From the IMG/VR virus record IMGVR_UViG_3300025450_000013: a stretch of 64,000 nt of DNA; one strand, given 5' to 3'. Position 1 is the first letter of the stretch, and each line of letters begins with the position of its first letter. Shown here piece after piece: positions 19,207 to 27,791 of this stretch. Made by a program: the position numbers and the translations under genes. This stretch comes from a virus. The notes beneath the pieces are model-generated. The model was given only the letters and a program-made list of their open reading frames with translations. It did not search any database and had not been told where the DNA came from.

Positions 19207-19369
19207 AATGTTCCCTCACAAGTTCAATAATGTTGTTAGCACAAGTACCGCACACAGGACCACAATCAAGGTCCTTTAGAACGGTACCAACGCTTGGTTT
19301 GGTTTCTCTGCCCTTGAGATAATCTATAATCTGTGTATCAGTCAGGACATTACAAGAGCAAATAATCAT
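19187..19369 (-). CDS. bfd: bacterioferritin-associated [2Fe-2S] ferredoxin
   Basis: MIICSCN.LTD..I...CG.C (CxC...CxxC), 60 aa. Confidence 0.85.
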   Translation of the reverse strand: MIICSCNVLTDTQIIDYLKGRETKPSVGTVLKDLDCGPVCGTCANNIIELVREHYESLHR

Positions 19370-19370
19370 G

Positions 19371-19706
19371 TTACTTTACGAAGTCACCATTAACCTCAAT
19401 AACCTTATCGTTGACAAGGATTAGAACAGGCTGAACGGTACCCTTACGTGCTACTGATGCTTTCTGTGGAGCAACTGCATCACAAATAACCTTAGCAATC
19501 TGTGCCGCAGTAAGAACGGAGTTAGAAGCATTAAGGATCTGTGCGATAGTTGTAGCAGCAGGTACGAAACCACATACAGCCTTGGTAGCATTTGCTACGT
19601 CTGTTGCCACAACTGAACTATTCGTGACTACTGTGGTTGGATTGAATGAGTTACAACCAGCAAGTGTAAGACCTGCGGCGACTGTAACCGCGATTAACTT
19701 TTTCAT
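19371..19706 (-). CDS. lipoprotein (possible lysis accessory)
   Basis: MKKLIAVTVAAGLTLAG-C lipobox; GAGG SD. Confidence 0.7.
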   Translation of the reverse strand: MKKLIAVTVAAGLTLAGCNSFNPTTVVTNSSVVATDVANATKAVCGFVPAATTIAQILNASNSVLTAAQIAKVICDAVAPQKASVARKGTVQPVLILVNDKVIEVNGDFVK

Positions 19707-20059
19707 TTTGTTTCCTCTTCGTTTGGTACCCATCCATTTAATATATCCCAATGGTAACCAGGAACATCGTATGGTTGAGAAGGGTGTGTATTCTTCAATA
19801 AGAATATGATAAAACCTAATACACTAGCCGCAATAGCTGCTTGTGGTACAAATGGCGATATCAACTTTAACAAATCATCAATAGTTGATATTACCGCCAA
19901 ATCATTTTCTTTATTCTCTATAATCTTGACTATACTAGCCCAGTCAATATCTTCTGCTGTTTGTAGTACCTCAAGGATTTTACTTAGATTGATAGCACCT
20001 TCAGGTACCTCAACCGCACCATACTTAGTGGTTAGGTCGTTATAGATGTATTGTGTCAT
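19703..20059 (-). CDS. hypothetical membrane protein
   Basis: One hydrophobic helix; coupled to its neighbours. Confidence 0.55.
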   Translation of the reverse strand: MTQYIYNDLTTKYGAVEVPEGAINLSKILEVLQTAEDIDWASIVKIIENKENDLAVISTIDDLLKLISPFVPQAAIAASVLGFIIFLLKNTHPSQPYDVPGYHWDILNGWVPNEEETK

Positions 20060-20322
20060 TTCTTTTTAGGCACTGGTTTGATAGGAACAACCTTTTCAAC
20101 TGGATTAGGTGCTGGAACAGGTGTAGGAACTGGATTGAGTGATTTCTCTGGTAAAAGGATTGCTAGGAGACCACCAATAGCAGCACCGGCAGCAAGAATG
20201 TGAACTACCAACTCATCAGAAACAAGACCTGATGCTTTGAGGCCCATAGCGATTAGACCACCGCCGGCCCAGGTTGATGGCTCTTCCAAACGAGCAATAA
20301 TCCAAACTAGAACTTTAGGCAT
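20056..20322 (-). CDS. holin-like two-TM membrane protein
   Basis: RLEEPSTWAG plus two TM segments and a basic Pro-rich tail; CTAAATA late promoter at 20359-20365. Confidence 0.5.
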   Translation of the reverse strand: MPKVLVWIIARLEEPSTWAGGGLIAMGLKASGLVSDELVVHILAAGAAIGGLLAILLPEKSLNPVPTPVPAPNPVEKVVPIKPVPKKK

Positions 20323-20357
20323 TATATCCTCCATAATGATGCCCACGATTAGGCACT

Positions 20358-21245
20358 CTATTTAGGCTTCCTGTCGTGTATTCTTTCATATGGATATTTA
20401 CCACCCCACTTACTACATCTTGGTTGAGAGGTACATTCACGGCAAACGGGAACATCTACCTCAACTCCATTCTTGGTTACAATCTGTCCGTCATACTTAT
20501 ATCCGTTTCTATCAAACGGTATTGTTGTCCATTCTACACCATGTTTGGCATAAAAGTCAACTGTTTTTTGCTGACCTGTCATTTGATCCACCTGTTTTTT
20601 TGATAGTTCAGGATAAACATTCTTATGCCAAAACTGTTTAACGGATGGAATAGTTGGATGGTCTCCGTATGATATAAAGTCTTCACACTTTTCGGAATCT
20701 ATCCACCAAGCAAATGGTTCTTTCTCTTTATTATGTATGGCACCAACAGGACAGGCCTTGGCACAATCATCACATCCTACACACCTGTTCCAGATTTTAT
20801 AGTTCTGCCTTCGGTCTGTAGGTACATCAGTTATCTCATTCTCAAACCTAAAGACCGTAATGTGGTGGTCAAATCCAAACTTGTAGGAATAGATTAAAGA
20901 GTTACGGGCGCGCACTCCGAGACCGGAGAGAATGGCCGCTTCTTTGTAGTTTGTATGTATATTCCAACATACGGCACCTTGTTCTCGGATTTGATTTATG
21001 ATACCTCTGGACTCATCGTAAATGGTATAATCCCAAGTATGACCTCTTCTTATAAGGACAATAGAGTTGGTAAGGTCGGTAAAATGAATAGTCTCACCGG
21101 AGCAATAGTTCTCAACACCGTGTAAGCTAACATACTTGACTGGATGATAAGCACATCTTTTTAGATCATCTCCTGTAAGATAACCAACATCCCAATCCTC
21201 TTCTTTAAATATTTTTTTGATATCATTAAATGAAATACTTATCAT
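20358..21245 (-). CDS. QueG/reductive-dehalogenase-like double [4Fe-4S] protein
   Basis: KEAA..SGLG...RNSL....FG, CVGCDDCAKACP.GAI, ID..KC, CREC...RC; likely start 21245, because the longer ORF runs through the tRNA-like gene. Confidence 0.7.
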   Translation of the reverse strand: MISISFNDIKKIFKEEDWDVGYLTGDDLKRCAYHPVKYVSLHGVENYCSGETIHFTDLTNSIVLIRRGHTWDYTIYDESRGIINQIREQGAVCWNIHTNYKEAAILSGLGVRARNSLIYSYKFGFDHHITVFRFENEITDVPTDRRQNYKIWNRCVGCDDCAKACPVGAIHNKEKEPFAWWIDSEKCEDFISYGDHPTIPSVKQFWHKNVYPELSKKQVDQMTGQQKTVDFYAKHGVEWTTIPFDRNGYKYDGQIVTKNGVEVDVPVCRECTSQPRCSKWGGKYPYERIHDRKPK

Positions 21246-21264
21246 TACAATCACAAAAGAGGAA

Positions 21265-21339
21265 TGGAGCGGAGACTGTGTAATCGAAACACAGATTCCA
21301 AGGTGGGAACCTTGGGTAATACCTTTATACGACCTCCGC
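21265..21339 (-). tRNA. non-canonical tRNA-Gly-like RNA, copy A (6-nt anticodon loop, 6-bp T-stem)
   Basis: GCGGAGG-TC-GTATAAAGGTATTAC-C-CAAGG-TTCCCA-CCTTG-GAAT-CTGTGT-TTCGATT-ACACAG-TCTCCGC-T-CCA; ATAAATA late promoter at 21366-21372. Confidence 0.8.
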
Positions 21340-21376
21340 GAGGCACACTTGTCTGGGGACAAATCTATTTATGCTA

Positions 21377-21670
21377 CTAGAACCAACTACCTGGAGGAAC
21401 TGGATAAAATGGAAAGTTTGGGTTTCCTTTAGGTAAACAACAAACCTCAACCTTTATATTATCAGAGTCCAGTAGATCAAAGATCGAAATAATCTTATCA
21501 CTTTTCTTTTTAGGTGATTCAGGTGGTGGTGGAGGTCCGAACAAACTAGTGGTGACTTTAGATTTACCAAAGACACCATCTAGCATTTGACCTTTACCAG
21601 CACCACCCACACCATTAGCATAAGCATTAGTATAGAGCAAAACAAATGCTATGGCAAGTAGGTATTTCAC
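21377..21670 (-). CDS. hypothetical secreted protein
   Basis: Signal peptide, poly-Pro stretch. Confidence 0.5.
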   Translation of the reverse strand: MKYLLAIAFVLLYTNAYANGVGGAGKGQMLDGVFGKSKVTTSLFGPPPPPESPKKKSDKIISIFDLLDSDNIKVEVCCLPKGNPNFPFYPVPPGSWF

Positions 21671-21927
21671 TATGCTAATCCTGTTCCATCATGTTCTACA
21701 ACATCAGGTAGTTTAATGGAACCATCGGCATGACGTTCCTTCTTTTTGCGGTCAACACCAACAAAGTTTTCCGGATGCTTTAGTATTTCAGCAAGGAACT
21801 TAACAAACTCTGCTAGCTCTTCCTTGTTATACTTTGCACCAAGTTTTCCATCTTCCCTTAGATATGCCGTCAATAAACAATAAGTTTCATTTACACAGGC
21901 ATAAGATACTTTGTCATTTACAACCAT
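21670..21927 (-). CDS. hypothetical protein
   Basis: AGGA SD and packing. Confidence 0.55.
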   Translation of the reverse strand: MVVNDKVSYACVNETYCLLTAYLREDGKLGAKYNKEELAEFVKFLAEILKHPENFVGVDRKKKERHADGSIKLPDVVEHDGTGLA

Positions 21928-21935
21928 TTTTTATC

Positions 21936-22100
21936 CTAACATTTAAAGTTTATTACCGCATCTTTCCATTCACCATCCATCGGCACCTTGGCGGCAACCT
22001 GACGCAAATGGCAAACCTTTGGTTCTACCTTCAGCTGGTGCGTTTGACACTCACCTGAGGACAGACAAATACTAATAACTGCGAATACTAACTCTTTCAT
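21936..22100 (-). CDS. 54-aa hypothetical protein (below ORF-track cutoff)
   Basis: MKELVFAVISICLSSGECQTH...NFKC* with an AGGA SD. Confidence 0.5.
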   Translation of the reverse strand: MKELVFAVISICLSSGECQTHQLKVEPKVCHLRQVAAKVPMDGEWKDAVINFKC

Positions 22101-22334
22101 ATTACTTTCCTTATAATAAGAATAGTAAACCTACATAAAGAAGACCTACTATTACTCCGATTATAGTCGGCCAGAGAAGTTTATTCTCCTTGAGACTGTG
22201 AGACGGCTCGGTGGTAGTATCGCTCAAAGATACTAAGTCTGTCTTCTTCCGAATAACAGTCGGGAATTGGATAACCTTTGACTTTTTCCCAGACATGTTC
22301 AGCCATCTCCAATGTAAACTGTTTATCTTTATCC

Positions 22335-22556
22335 TCAGAGGATTGCGTAGAGTCCAACTGCCACTCCAAGGGTAAAAGGAATCATATTGCTAATTAGAAC
22401 AACACCAAGGGCCGTCATAAACAATCCTGTATGTGTCTCTTCTTGTTCATCTGTCTCTTCGTGTTCTGCCACATTAGCATAAACCATACCCTTGATGAAG
22501 GTATTTACAAATACGCTGATGGCGATGGAAGAGATTATTAGTAGAATAAGAAACAT
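22335..22556 (-). CDS. hypothetical membrane protein
   Basis: Two hydrophobic segments, AGGAG SD, late promoter at 22574-22580. Confidence 0.55.
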   Translation of the reverse strand: MFLILLIISSIAISVFVNTFIKGMVYANVAEHEETDEQEETHTGLFMTALGVVLISNMIPFTLGVAVGLYAIL

Positions 22557-22702
22557 GTTTTCTCCTGTTTGTTTATTTAGTATAACGTTCCTGCTGTATT
22601 ACATTTTGGACATGCTCATATCGGGCACCCTCAAAAAGCAATATTAGTCCTATTTCACCAAGAATGATGAAAGCAAATACCCAACATAGTGTAGTAATCC
22701 AT

Positions 22703-22999
22703 TTAGTCATTTTTTTCACCTTTATAGATATACATCTTCTTTCGTTCGTCAGAAAGTTCTATTAGATAATCATTCTCTTTATCAAAGATTTTTAGATACT
22801 CTTCTTCCGAGATTTCACGATAAGAGAAGATGTCCTCACCAACATGGTTTTGGGCAAACTCGGTTAATCCTATCTCTGCGCCAGTAGCATGGTCGGTCAC
22901 AGTATCAAGGGCCCACTCAATTTCACCATCATCAGGTACCTCTACGGCATACATATGACGAAAGGTGGCCACGGTTTCTACCAATACAATCTTAGGCAT
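22703..22999 (-). CDS. hypothetical protein
   Basis: GGAG SD and packing. Confidence 0.6.
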   Translation of the reverse strand: MPKIVLVETVATFRHMYAVEVPDDGEIEWALDTVTDHATGAEIGLTEFAQNHVGEDIFSYREISEEEYLKIFDKENDYLIELSDERKKMYIYKGEKND

Positions 23000-23000
23000 T

Positions 23001-23798
23001 TTATATCTCCGCTATTAGAACAGGATCAACTAAACTTCTTTCATTAGGATAACCGAATGGATTACACACAACTCTTGTTTCTCCGATTTTATAATCAAAA
23101 GCATTATGTGTATGACCATGGATCCATAGTTTTACATTATCAGTCATCATATGCTCCAGATCCGAAGCATACAATGTATTCAGTTCTTTATCATCAGCAA
23201 ACCTCTCATGGATGCTTTTCCATGAAGGAGCATGGTGAGTAATAACCACACAAGGTATATCTTTTACTCCTGCACCCGCAAGGATATCTTCTAGATATAT
23301 TCTTGATAGTTTATGTTCTATGTAAGCATCCTGCGGAGAAAACTTACGATAGTTGCCTTTAGCATCACAATACTTGATGACATTAAAATCATTCATGGCA
23401 AACCTTAGTCGGTTGGTCGTCACCGGATTTTGTATATCAGTATTGGTCCAAAGAGTAGATCCAACAAACTTTATACCATCAATAGTCGCACTCTCGTTAT
23501 CAAGAAAATGTAGGTTCTTATACTCAGCAAGAGCATTACGAAGAATATCGGCACTCTTGTTGAATGTGCCTTTATAGTGTTCATGATTGCCCATGATATA
23601 GATAACGTCCTTGAAGTTGGCACAGACCTCATCAAAGAACGTATAGTAACCAAGATTGTTTATATTGCGTTCTTTATTCTTAAAGGCCTTGGCAAGGCAA
23701 ATGTCGCCAGCCAGTACCAGCACATCCGCACCGGCATTGGGAATATGGACGTTATGTCCAAACTCAAGGTGAAGGTCTGATGCTATCTGTATCTTCAC
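23001..23798 (-). CDS. calcineurin-like metallophosphoesterase
   Basis: SDLHLE, AGD, GNHEHY, THHAP, HGHTH, NP.GY. Confidence 0.9.
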   Translation of the reverse strand: MKIQIASDLHLEFGHNVHIPNAGADVLVLAGDICLAKAFKNKERNINNLGYYTFFDEVCANFKDVIYIMGNHEHYKGTFNKSADILRNALAEYKNLHFLDNESATIDGIKFVGSTLWTNTDIQNPVTTNRLRFAMNDFNVIKYCDAKGNYRKFSPQDAYIEHKLSRIYLEDILAGAGVKDIPCVVITHHAPSWKSIHERFADDKELNTLYASDLEHMMTDNVKLWIHGHTHNAFDYKIGETRVVCNPFGYPNERSLVDPVLIAEI

Positions 23799-23991
23799 TT
23801 GCTTCTCCTGTTATTCCCATTTTATGGAGCCAAAGATTGTAATCGGTTCTAGACATGTAGTCTCTAAGCACTCTCTCAATAGCGTGACAGACACCATCCT
23901 CTTCTGGATTGTTTAGCATAATTTCATAGTATCCTTGTAAGTCCTGAACAACTATGGAACTTATTATGTGTCCTTCAATTTCTATTTTCAT
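23764..23991 (-). CDS. hypothetical protein
   Basis: Part of an array of small early genes. Confidence 0.5.
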   Translation of the reverse strand: MKIEIEGHIISSIVVQDLQGYYEIMLNNPEEDGVCHAIERVLRDYMSRTDYNLWLHKMGITGEASEDTDSIRPSP

Positions 23992-23992
23992 C

Positions 23993-24250
23993 TTATAGTC
24001 TCCTCAGGGTTTCTTTCACACTCAACCATTCTTGGTATTGGTCATTGGTAGAAAAGTAGTTTATAACCAAATCAAGAGCATTTAGGAACTCATCATCCGG
24101 AGGAATCGTCTCATCCGAACAATCATACTTATCAGGCTCACAGTTGATACGATAGGCGTCTTTTAGTGACTCCACTACGATTTCATCTTTTTGGCTATCG
24201 TTTAGTTTAATATCAACATCAACATTTACTTTCATCTTATTCATCCTCAT
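23993..24250 (-). CDS. hypothetical protein
   Basis: Part of an array of small early genes. Confidence 0.55.
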   Translation of the reverse strand: MRMNKMKVNVDVDIKLNDSQKDEIVVESLKDAYRINCEPDKYDCSDETIPPDDEFLNALDLVINYFSTNDQYQEWLSVKETLRRL

Positions 24251-24515
24251 CTTGGAATGGTATTGGTCTTAGAGTGTCCTGTGCCTTCATTAGTATCTCA
24301 GAAAGGGCCATACGATATTTGAAACCATCATCCTCTAACTTAGCAATATGGTCGTTATTTTCTCTTATCGTTTTGAGTGCTTCACGCATACGGCCTTTCC
24401 AAAAATCTATTTCTGCTGCTTGTGTCTCAATAGTGTCGGCGGCTTCTCCAAGCATTTTCATTCCGCTTGTAGTATGTCCAAGGCGCAGTCGTTCAAGCAA
24501 TGGTATGTCAGTCAT
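24237..24515 (-). CDS. hypothetical coiled-coil protein
   Basis: MTD...RLR...EAADTIETQA motif, shared with its neighbour. Confidence 0.6.
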   Translation of the reverse strand: MTDIPLLERLRLGHTTSGMKMLGEAADTIETQAAEIDFWKGRMREALKTIRENNDHIAKLEDDGFKYRMALSEILMKAQDTLRPIPFQDEDE

Positions 24516-24735
24516 CCTTCTCTCCTAATGTTTTACGAGCTTGGCGTATGCGTTCCATCACTTCGCTATCAGAGAAGTTATCGCCTAGTTCAGCAAACGG
24601 TTTCAGCGCCTTCTCCAGTTCCTCAATCCGCTTTGCTTGTGTCTCAATAGCGTCAGCGGCTTCATTGAGGAAATCTACATACATATTTTCGGCATGTTCC
24701 CGCAATCGCGTCACAAGGTCTGTATAGTCAGTCAT
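24508..24735 (-). CDS. hypothetical coiled-coil protein
   Basis: MTD...RLR...EAADAIETQA motif. Confidence 0.6.
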   Translation of the reverse strand: MTDYTDLVTRLREHAENMYVDFLNEAADAIETQAKRIEELEKALKPFAELGDNFSDSEVMERIRQARKTLGEKDD

Positions 24736-25127
24736 CGTGCCACCTTATTCAATGCTTTGAGGTCATCAGTCTCGGTCAATACCTGGAGACCACCCTTGTT
24801 ATACAAAGGCATAACTCGCTTTGCTTTGGCAAGGATGGCCTCTTGAACGTGCCGAGGTTCCTTATGTAGATTAGTCATAACACCACGTTTAGCGCAAGCA
24901 TACTTAGTACCTGACATACCTGCGGAAACATAGTCTGGACGCTCTACCTTTATATCCTTAGCACAATCCTTTACGCTATTCACTACCTTACGTGCCTTCT
25001 TGAGTTGAGAAATATGAAGACCTTGGGCCATCAACCATTCCTCGTGAGCAATAGCGGACTTGGAAGGTTTCTTGGCCTTCCGCTTCCGCAGATTAGTGGT
25101 GGTGTAATAGGCAGGTAATAAAGCCAT
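24732..25127 (-). CDS. hypothetical basic protein
   Basis: Lys-rich, C-terminal P.YNKGGLQ motif. Confidence 0.6.
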   Translation of the reverse strand: MALLPAYYTTTNLRKRKAKKPSKSAIAHEEWLMAQGLHISQLKKARKVVNSVKDCAKDIKVERPDYVSAGMSGTKYACAKRGVMTNLHKEPRHVQEAILAKAKRVMPLYNKGGLQVLTETDDLKALNKVAR

Positions 25128-25624
25128 CAGTCTTTGGACTCCTCAAATGCTTTCTCTTCTTCCTGGTATTCTAGCCATATATCATACTCTGATTCCAACT
25201 CCATGGCAATATGCTCTGGTAGATGGTCGCGCCATTCATCATCGGAAAAATCATAATCATAACATTCATCAATACCATCGGAATACTCGCCGACAAAACA
25301 CATACCTTCCTCGCGGTAAGAGGCATCAACGGTGAAACCTAACTCTTCCATTTTCTTATAGAAAGCAATAGGCGGAGACCAGGCCGTATCAAAACCTAAC
25401 TCCAGTTCCTTATTAGTCTCCATGCCGATGAAACCGTTGGCAATATCCCATTTGGTTCCCCAATGCTCAATATGCCACTCGTACCAGTCATCCTTCTTAT
25501 CCTCAGGAAGAGGAACAAACTCTTGAAAAAACCTGTTTTCCTCAAATGCCGCTTTGGCACGGGAAATCATAGCCGGATCGTTATGTGATAGGGAGAGATT
25601 ATTAGAACACCAGTTAGGGCACAT
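25127..25624 (-). CDS. DUF1281/YubB-like ferredoxin-fold protein
   Basis: PNWC.N, WYEW....WGTKWD, FDTAWSPP; start at 25624 lies downstream of the promoter. Confidence 0.7.
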   Translation of the reverse strand: MCPNWCSNNLSLSHNDPAMISRAKAAFEENRFFQEFVPLPEDKKDDWYEWHIEHWGTKWDIANGFIGMETNKELELGFDTAWSPPIAFYKKMEELGFTVDASYREEGMCFVGEYSDGIDECYDYDFSDDEWRDHLPEHIAMELESEYDIWLEYQEEEKAFEESKD

Positions 25625-25658
25625 AATGTATTCCTTTTTCAGTTTCATTTTATAACAT

Positions 25659-25779
25659 ATTATAGCACAAGGAATATACTGTGTAAATGCGACATATTGT
25701 CGCACCCTGTTTACATTTGTTTATGTTATTTCCAGCATAATCGGTTATTATGTCAAAAATAGCATAACCGATGTTTACA
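25659..25779 (-). promoter_or_regulatory. early sigma70 promoter with upstream palindromic operator
   Basis: TTTACA-N17-TATAAT (25659-25687); TGCGACA-TAT-TGTCGCA (25688-25704); two TGTTTACA boxes. Confidence 0.65.
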
Positions 25780-25831
25780 TTAAAATGATCTATAAATGGG
25801 TCAGGAGACGGTCATATGATCTGTTTATAGA

Positions 25832-26095
25832 TCAATCCATATTACCGAAGTCATTGTTGAGGCGAGAAGGAGGAACGGAACCACCACCACTGGAGGAACT
25901 GGTGCTGGCATTAGGAAAGTTATGGTGTGTAGCATTTGATGAAGTAGAACCTTCACTCCATCCAGGATTTTCCCAAGAGAAGGCCGGTATCTTATGTACC
26001 GGCTCTCCACTTAGGGAATGGTATTGAGCATTAGCAACCGTGGAGAATACCACCATTGAGATCAAGATCAAATATTTCATCATACATCTCCTCAT
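25832..26095 (-). CDS. small secreted Ser-rich protein
   Basis: Signal peptide MMKYLILISMVVFSTVANA. Confidence 0.55.
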   Translation of the reverse strand: MRRCMMKYLILISMVVFSTVANAQYHSLSGEPVHKIPAFSWENPGWSEGSTSSNATHHNFPNASTSSSSGGGSVPPSRLNNDFGNMD

Positions 26096-27100
26096 TCATA
26101 TCAAGTTCTCCAAAAACTGGTCTGTCGCCGCTTCCCAAGAGAAATGTTTTGCTCTTTTTACGGCATCTTTTCTATCTAACATATGGGCACCAATAATGGC
26201 CTCTTCCAAGTCGTTATCATGTAATACACCAGAAACATTATGTTCAATAATATATTCATTCACATCATTACGGAAGGCAGCAACAGGAAGACCTGATGCC
26301 ATACCTTCTAACACAACCAATCCAAACGTATCAGTCAAAGAAGGCCAGGCAAATACATCATGCTTTCTCAACTCATTGGCAATCTCATACTTATTCTTTT
26401 TACCAAGAAAGTTCACATTAGGATACTTTGCTTTGTATTCTTCCAGTTGTGGTCCATCACCAATGAGTGTCTTGCGTATCCAACCATTCTTGATAGATAA
26501 AAATGCCTCAAGGTTCTTTTCAGCCGATATACGACCAACATAAACTGCCTTGATAGGACCATTCTTGTCCCGACTTTCTGGGTCAATACAAGGACTAAAC
26601 AAAGATGTATCTACTCCTCGTGTCCAGACCTTGGTTTTCTTTATACCGAGTTTAGCACAGTAATCAACCATGGCGGGGGTAGGTACCAAAATATTATGGC
26701 TGTTTCTATGAAACCAACGAAAATACTTGCCAGTAACTCTTGGTGAAATATAAGCATGTTCATACAAATAATCCGGAAACTTAGTATGGAAACTTGTAGT
26801 GTATTTTCGTTTTTGTTTTTTACAGGTGTATCTGGCGGCAAGTCCTATTGCTCCTTCTGTTGCGATGTGGACATGGTCAGCATCCCTCAAAGCCTCCTCA
26901 ACCAAACCAATAGGAAAAATAGGCATATAAATGCCAGTAGAAGGCTGTAGTGGTACAGTCAAACTATATTGGTCTGGCCCAATAATAGAAACTTCATAAC
27001 CTTTTTCTATCAAACATTTTTTCGTCATCTCAATAGTAGTTTTTACACCATTTATTTGCTTTTCACTTGAGGCATCGGAAAATATAACAATCTTAGTCAT
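26096..27100 (-). CDS. GT4 (GT-B) glycosyltransferase
   Basis: QINGV, HIATEG.IG, VGRISAEKNL, PSLTDTFGLV.LE.MASGLPV. Confidence 0.9.
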   Translation of the reverse strand: MTKIVIFSDASSEKQINGVKTTIEMTKKCLIEKGYEVSIIGPDQYSLTVPLQPSTGIYMPIFPIGLVEEALRDADHVHIATEGAIGLAARYTCKKQKRKYTTSFHTKFPDYLYEHAYISPRVTGKYFRWFHRNSHNILVPTPAMVDYCAKLGIKKTKVWTRGVDTSLFSPCIDPESRDKNGPIKAVYVGRISAEKNLEAFLSIKNGWIRKTLIGDGPQLEEYKAKYPNVNFLGKKNKYEIANELRKHDVFAWPSLTDTFGLVVLEGMASGLPVAAFRNDVNEYIIEHNVSGVLHDNDLEEAIIGAHMLDRKDAVKRAKHFSWEAATDQFLENLI

Positions 27101-27708
27101 TTCTTTACTCTTCCTAATATCCATTCTTCACCTGGACATTCTTTTGATTGTTTGTTTTTTACACCATTATTCCACCACTTGAAACCTGCTCGGCGTCTAT
27201 TGGATTCAGCAACTACACTTGATAGTTTTTCTCGGTGTTCTTTTGATTGCCAAACATGATTACCAGAATCAGATAACTCTTTCTGTTTTTTCTCACTTCT
27301 TTTAGAAAAACTTTTTCTATTCTTTTCAGATTGTGCTGGATGTTTACCTTCTTTAGCCAACTTTTTTAGTCGGTTGCTATTTATTTCAGCAACCATAGAA
27401 ACAAAATCTGGGTCAAGAAAACGATGTTCTCCACTTTTTACCTTTTCCATTTCACGGAGAGAAGCAATCTCTGACTTTTCTTCTGGTGTAAGGGATACGT
27501 GTCCTGTAGTCAGCATTGCCCAACAAGAACCCCAATCACCCTGACTTTTATGGATGTTGTAGTGTTCTTGTGAAGTAACACATTTTAGGTTATCTATATT
27601 ATTATTTGTGTGGTCACCATCTATATGGTGAATGTGGTGTCCCTTTGGAATAGGACCGTGATGTTGTTCATAAATACGACGATAAATACGATTACGATAA
27701 ATAGTCAT
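27097..27708 (-). mobile_element. free-standing HNH homing endonuclease
   Basis: IHHIDGDHTNN...NL......H HNH motif, basic G.H repeats, WWNNG C-terminal motif; inserted between the phosphoesterase and GT4 genes. Confidence 0.8.
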
Positions 27709-27777
27709 AGGCTGGTGCTCCCAAATAGCATTAGAGTCCGTAGGTGTTAGCGCACCGTGACGGACAGTCCTATTTAG
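27709..27777 (-). promoter_or_regulatory. late promoter and structured leader of the HNH gene
   Basis: CTAAATA; GTCCGT..ACGGAC hairpin; TGCT..AGCA hairpin overlapping the GGAG SD. Confidence 0.55.
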
Positions 27778-27791
27778 TAAACCATCGTTTT

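Noticed and set aside
21265-21339. tRNA-Sec or suppressor/recoding interpretation of the tRNA-like genes
   Set aside because: There is no UCA/CUA anticodon, no long variable arm and no G73, and core genes are uninterrupted in the standard code.
21246-21362. N-terminal 39 codons of the 334-aa ORF in the track
   Set aside because: They overlap the tRNA-like gene; the Met at 21245 is the more plausible start.
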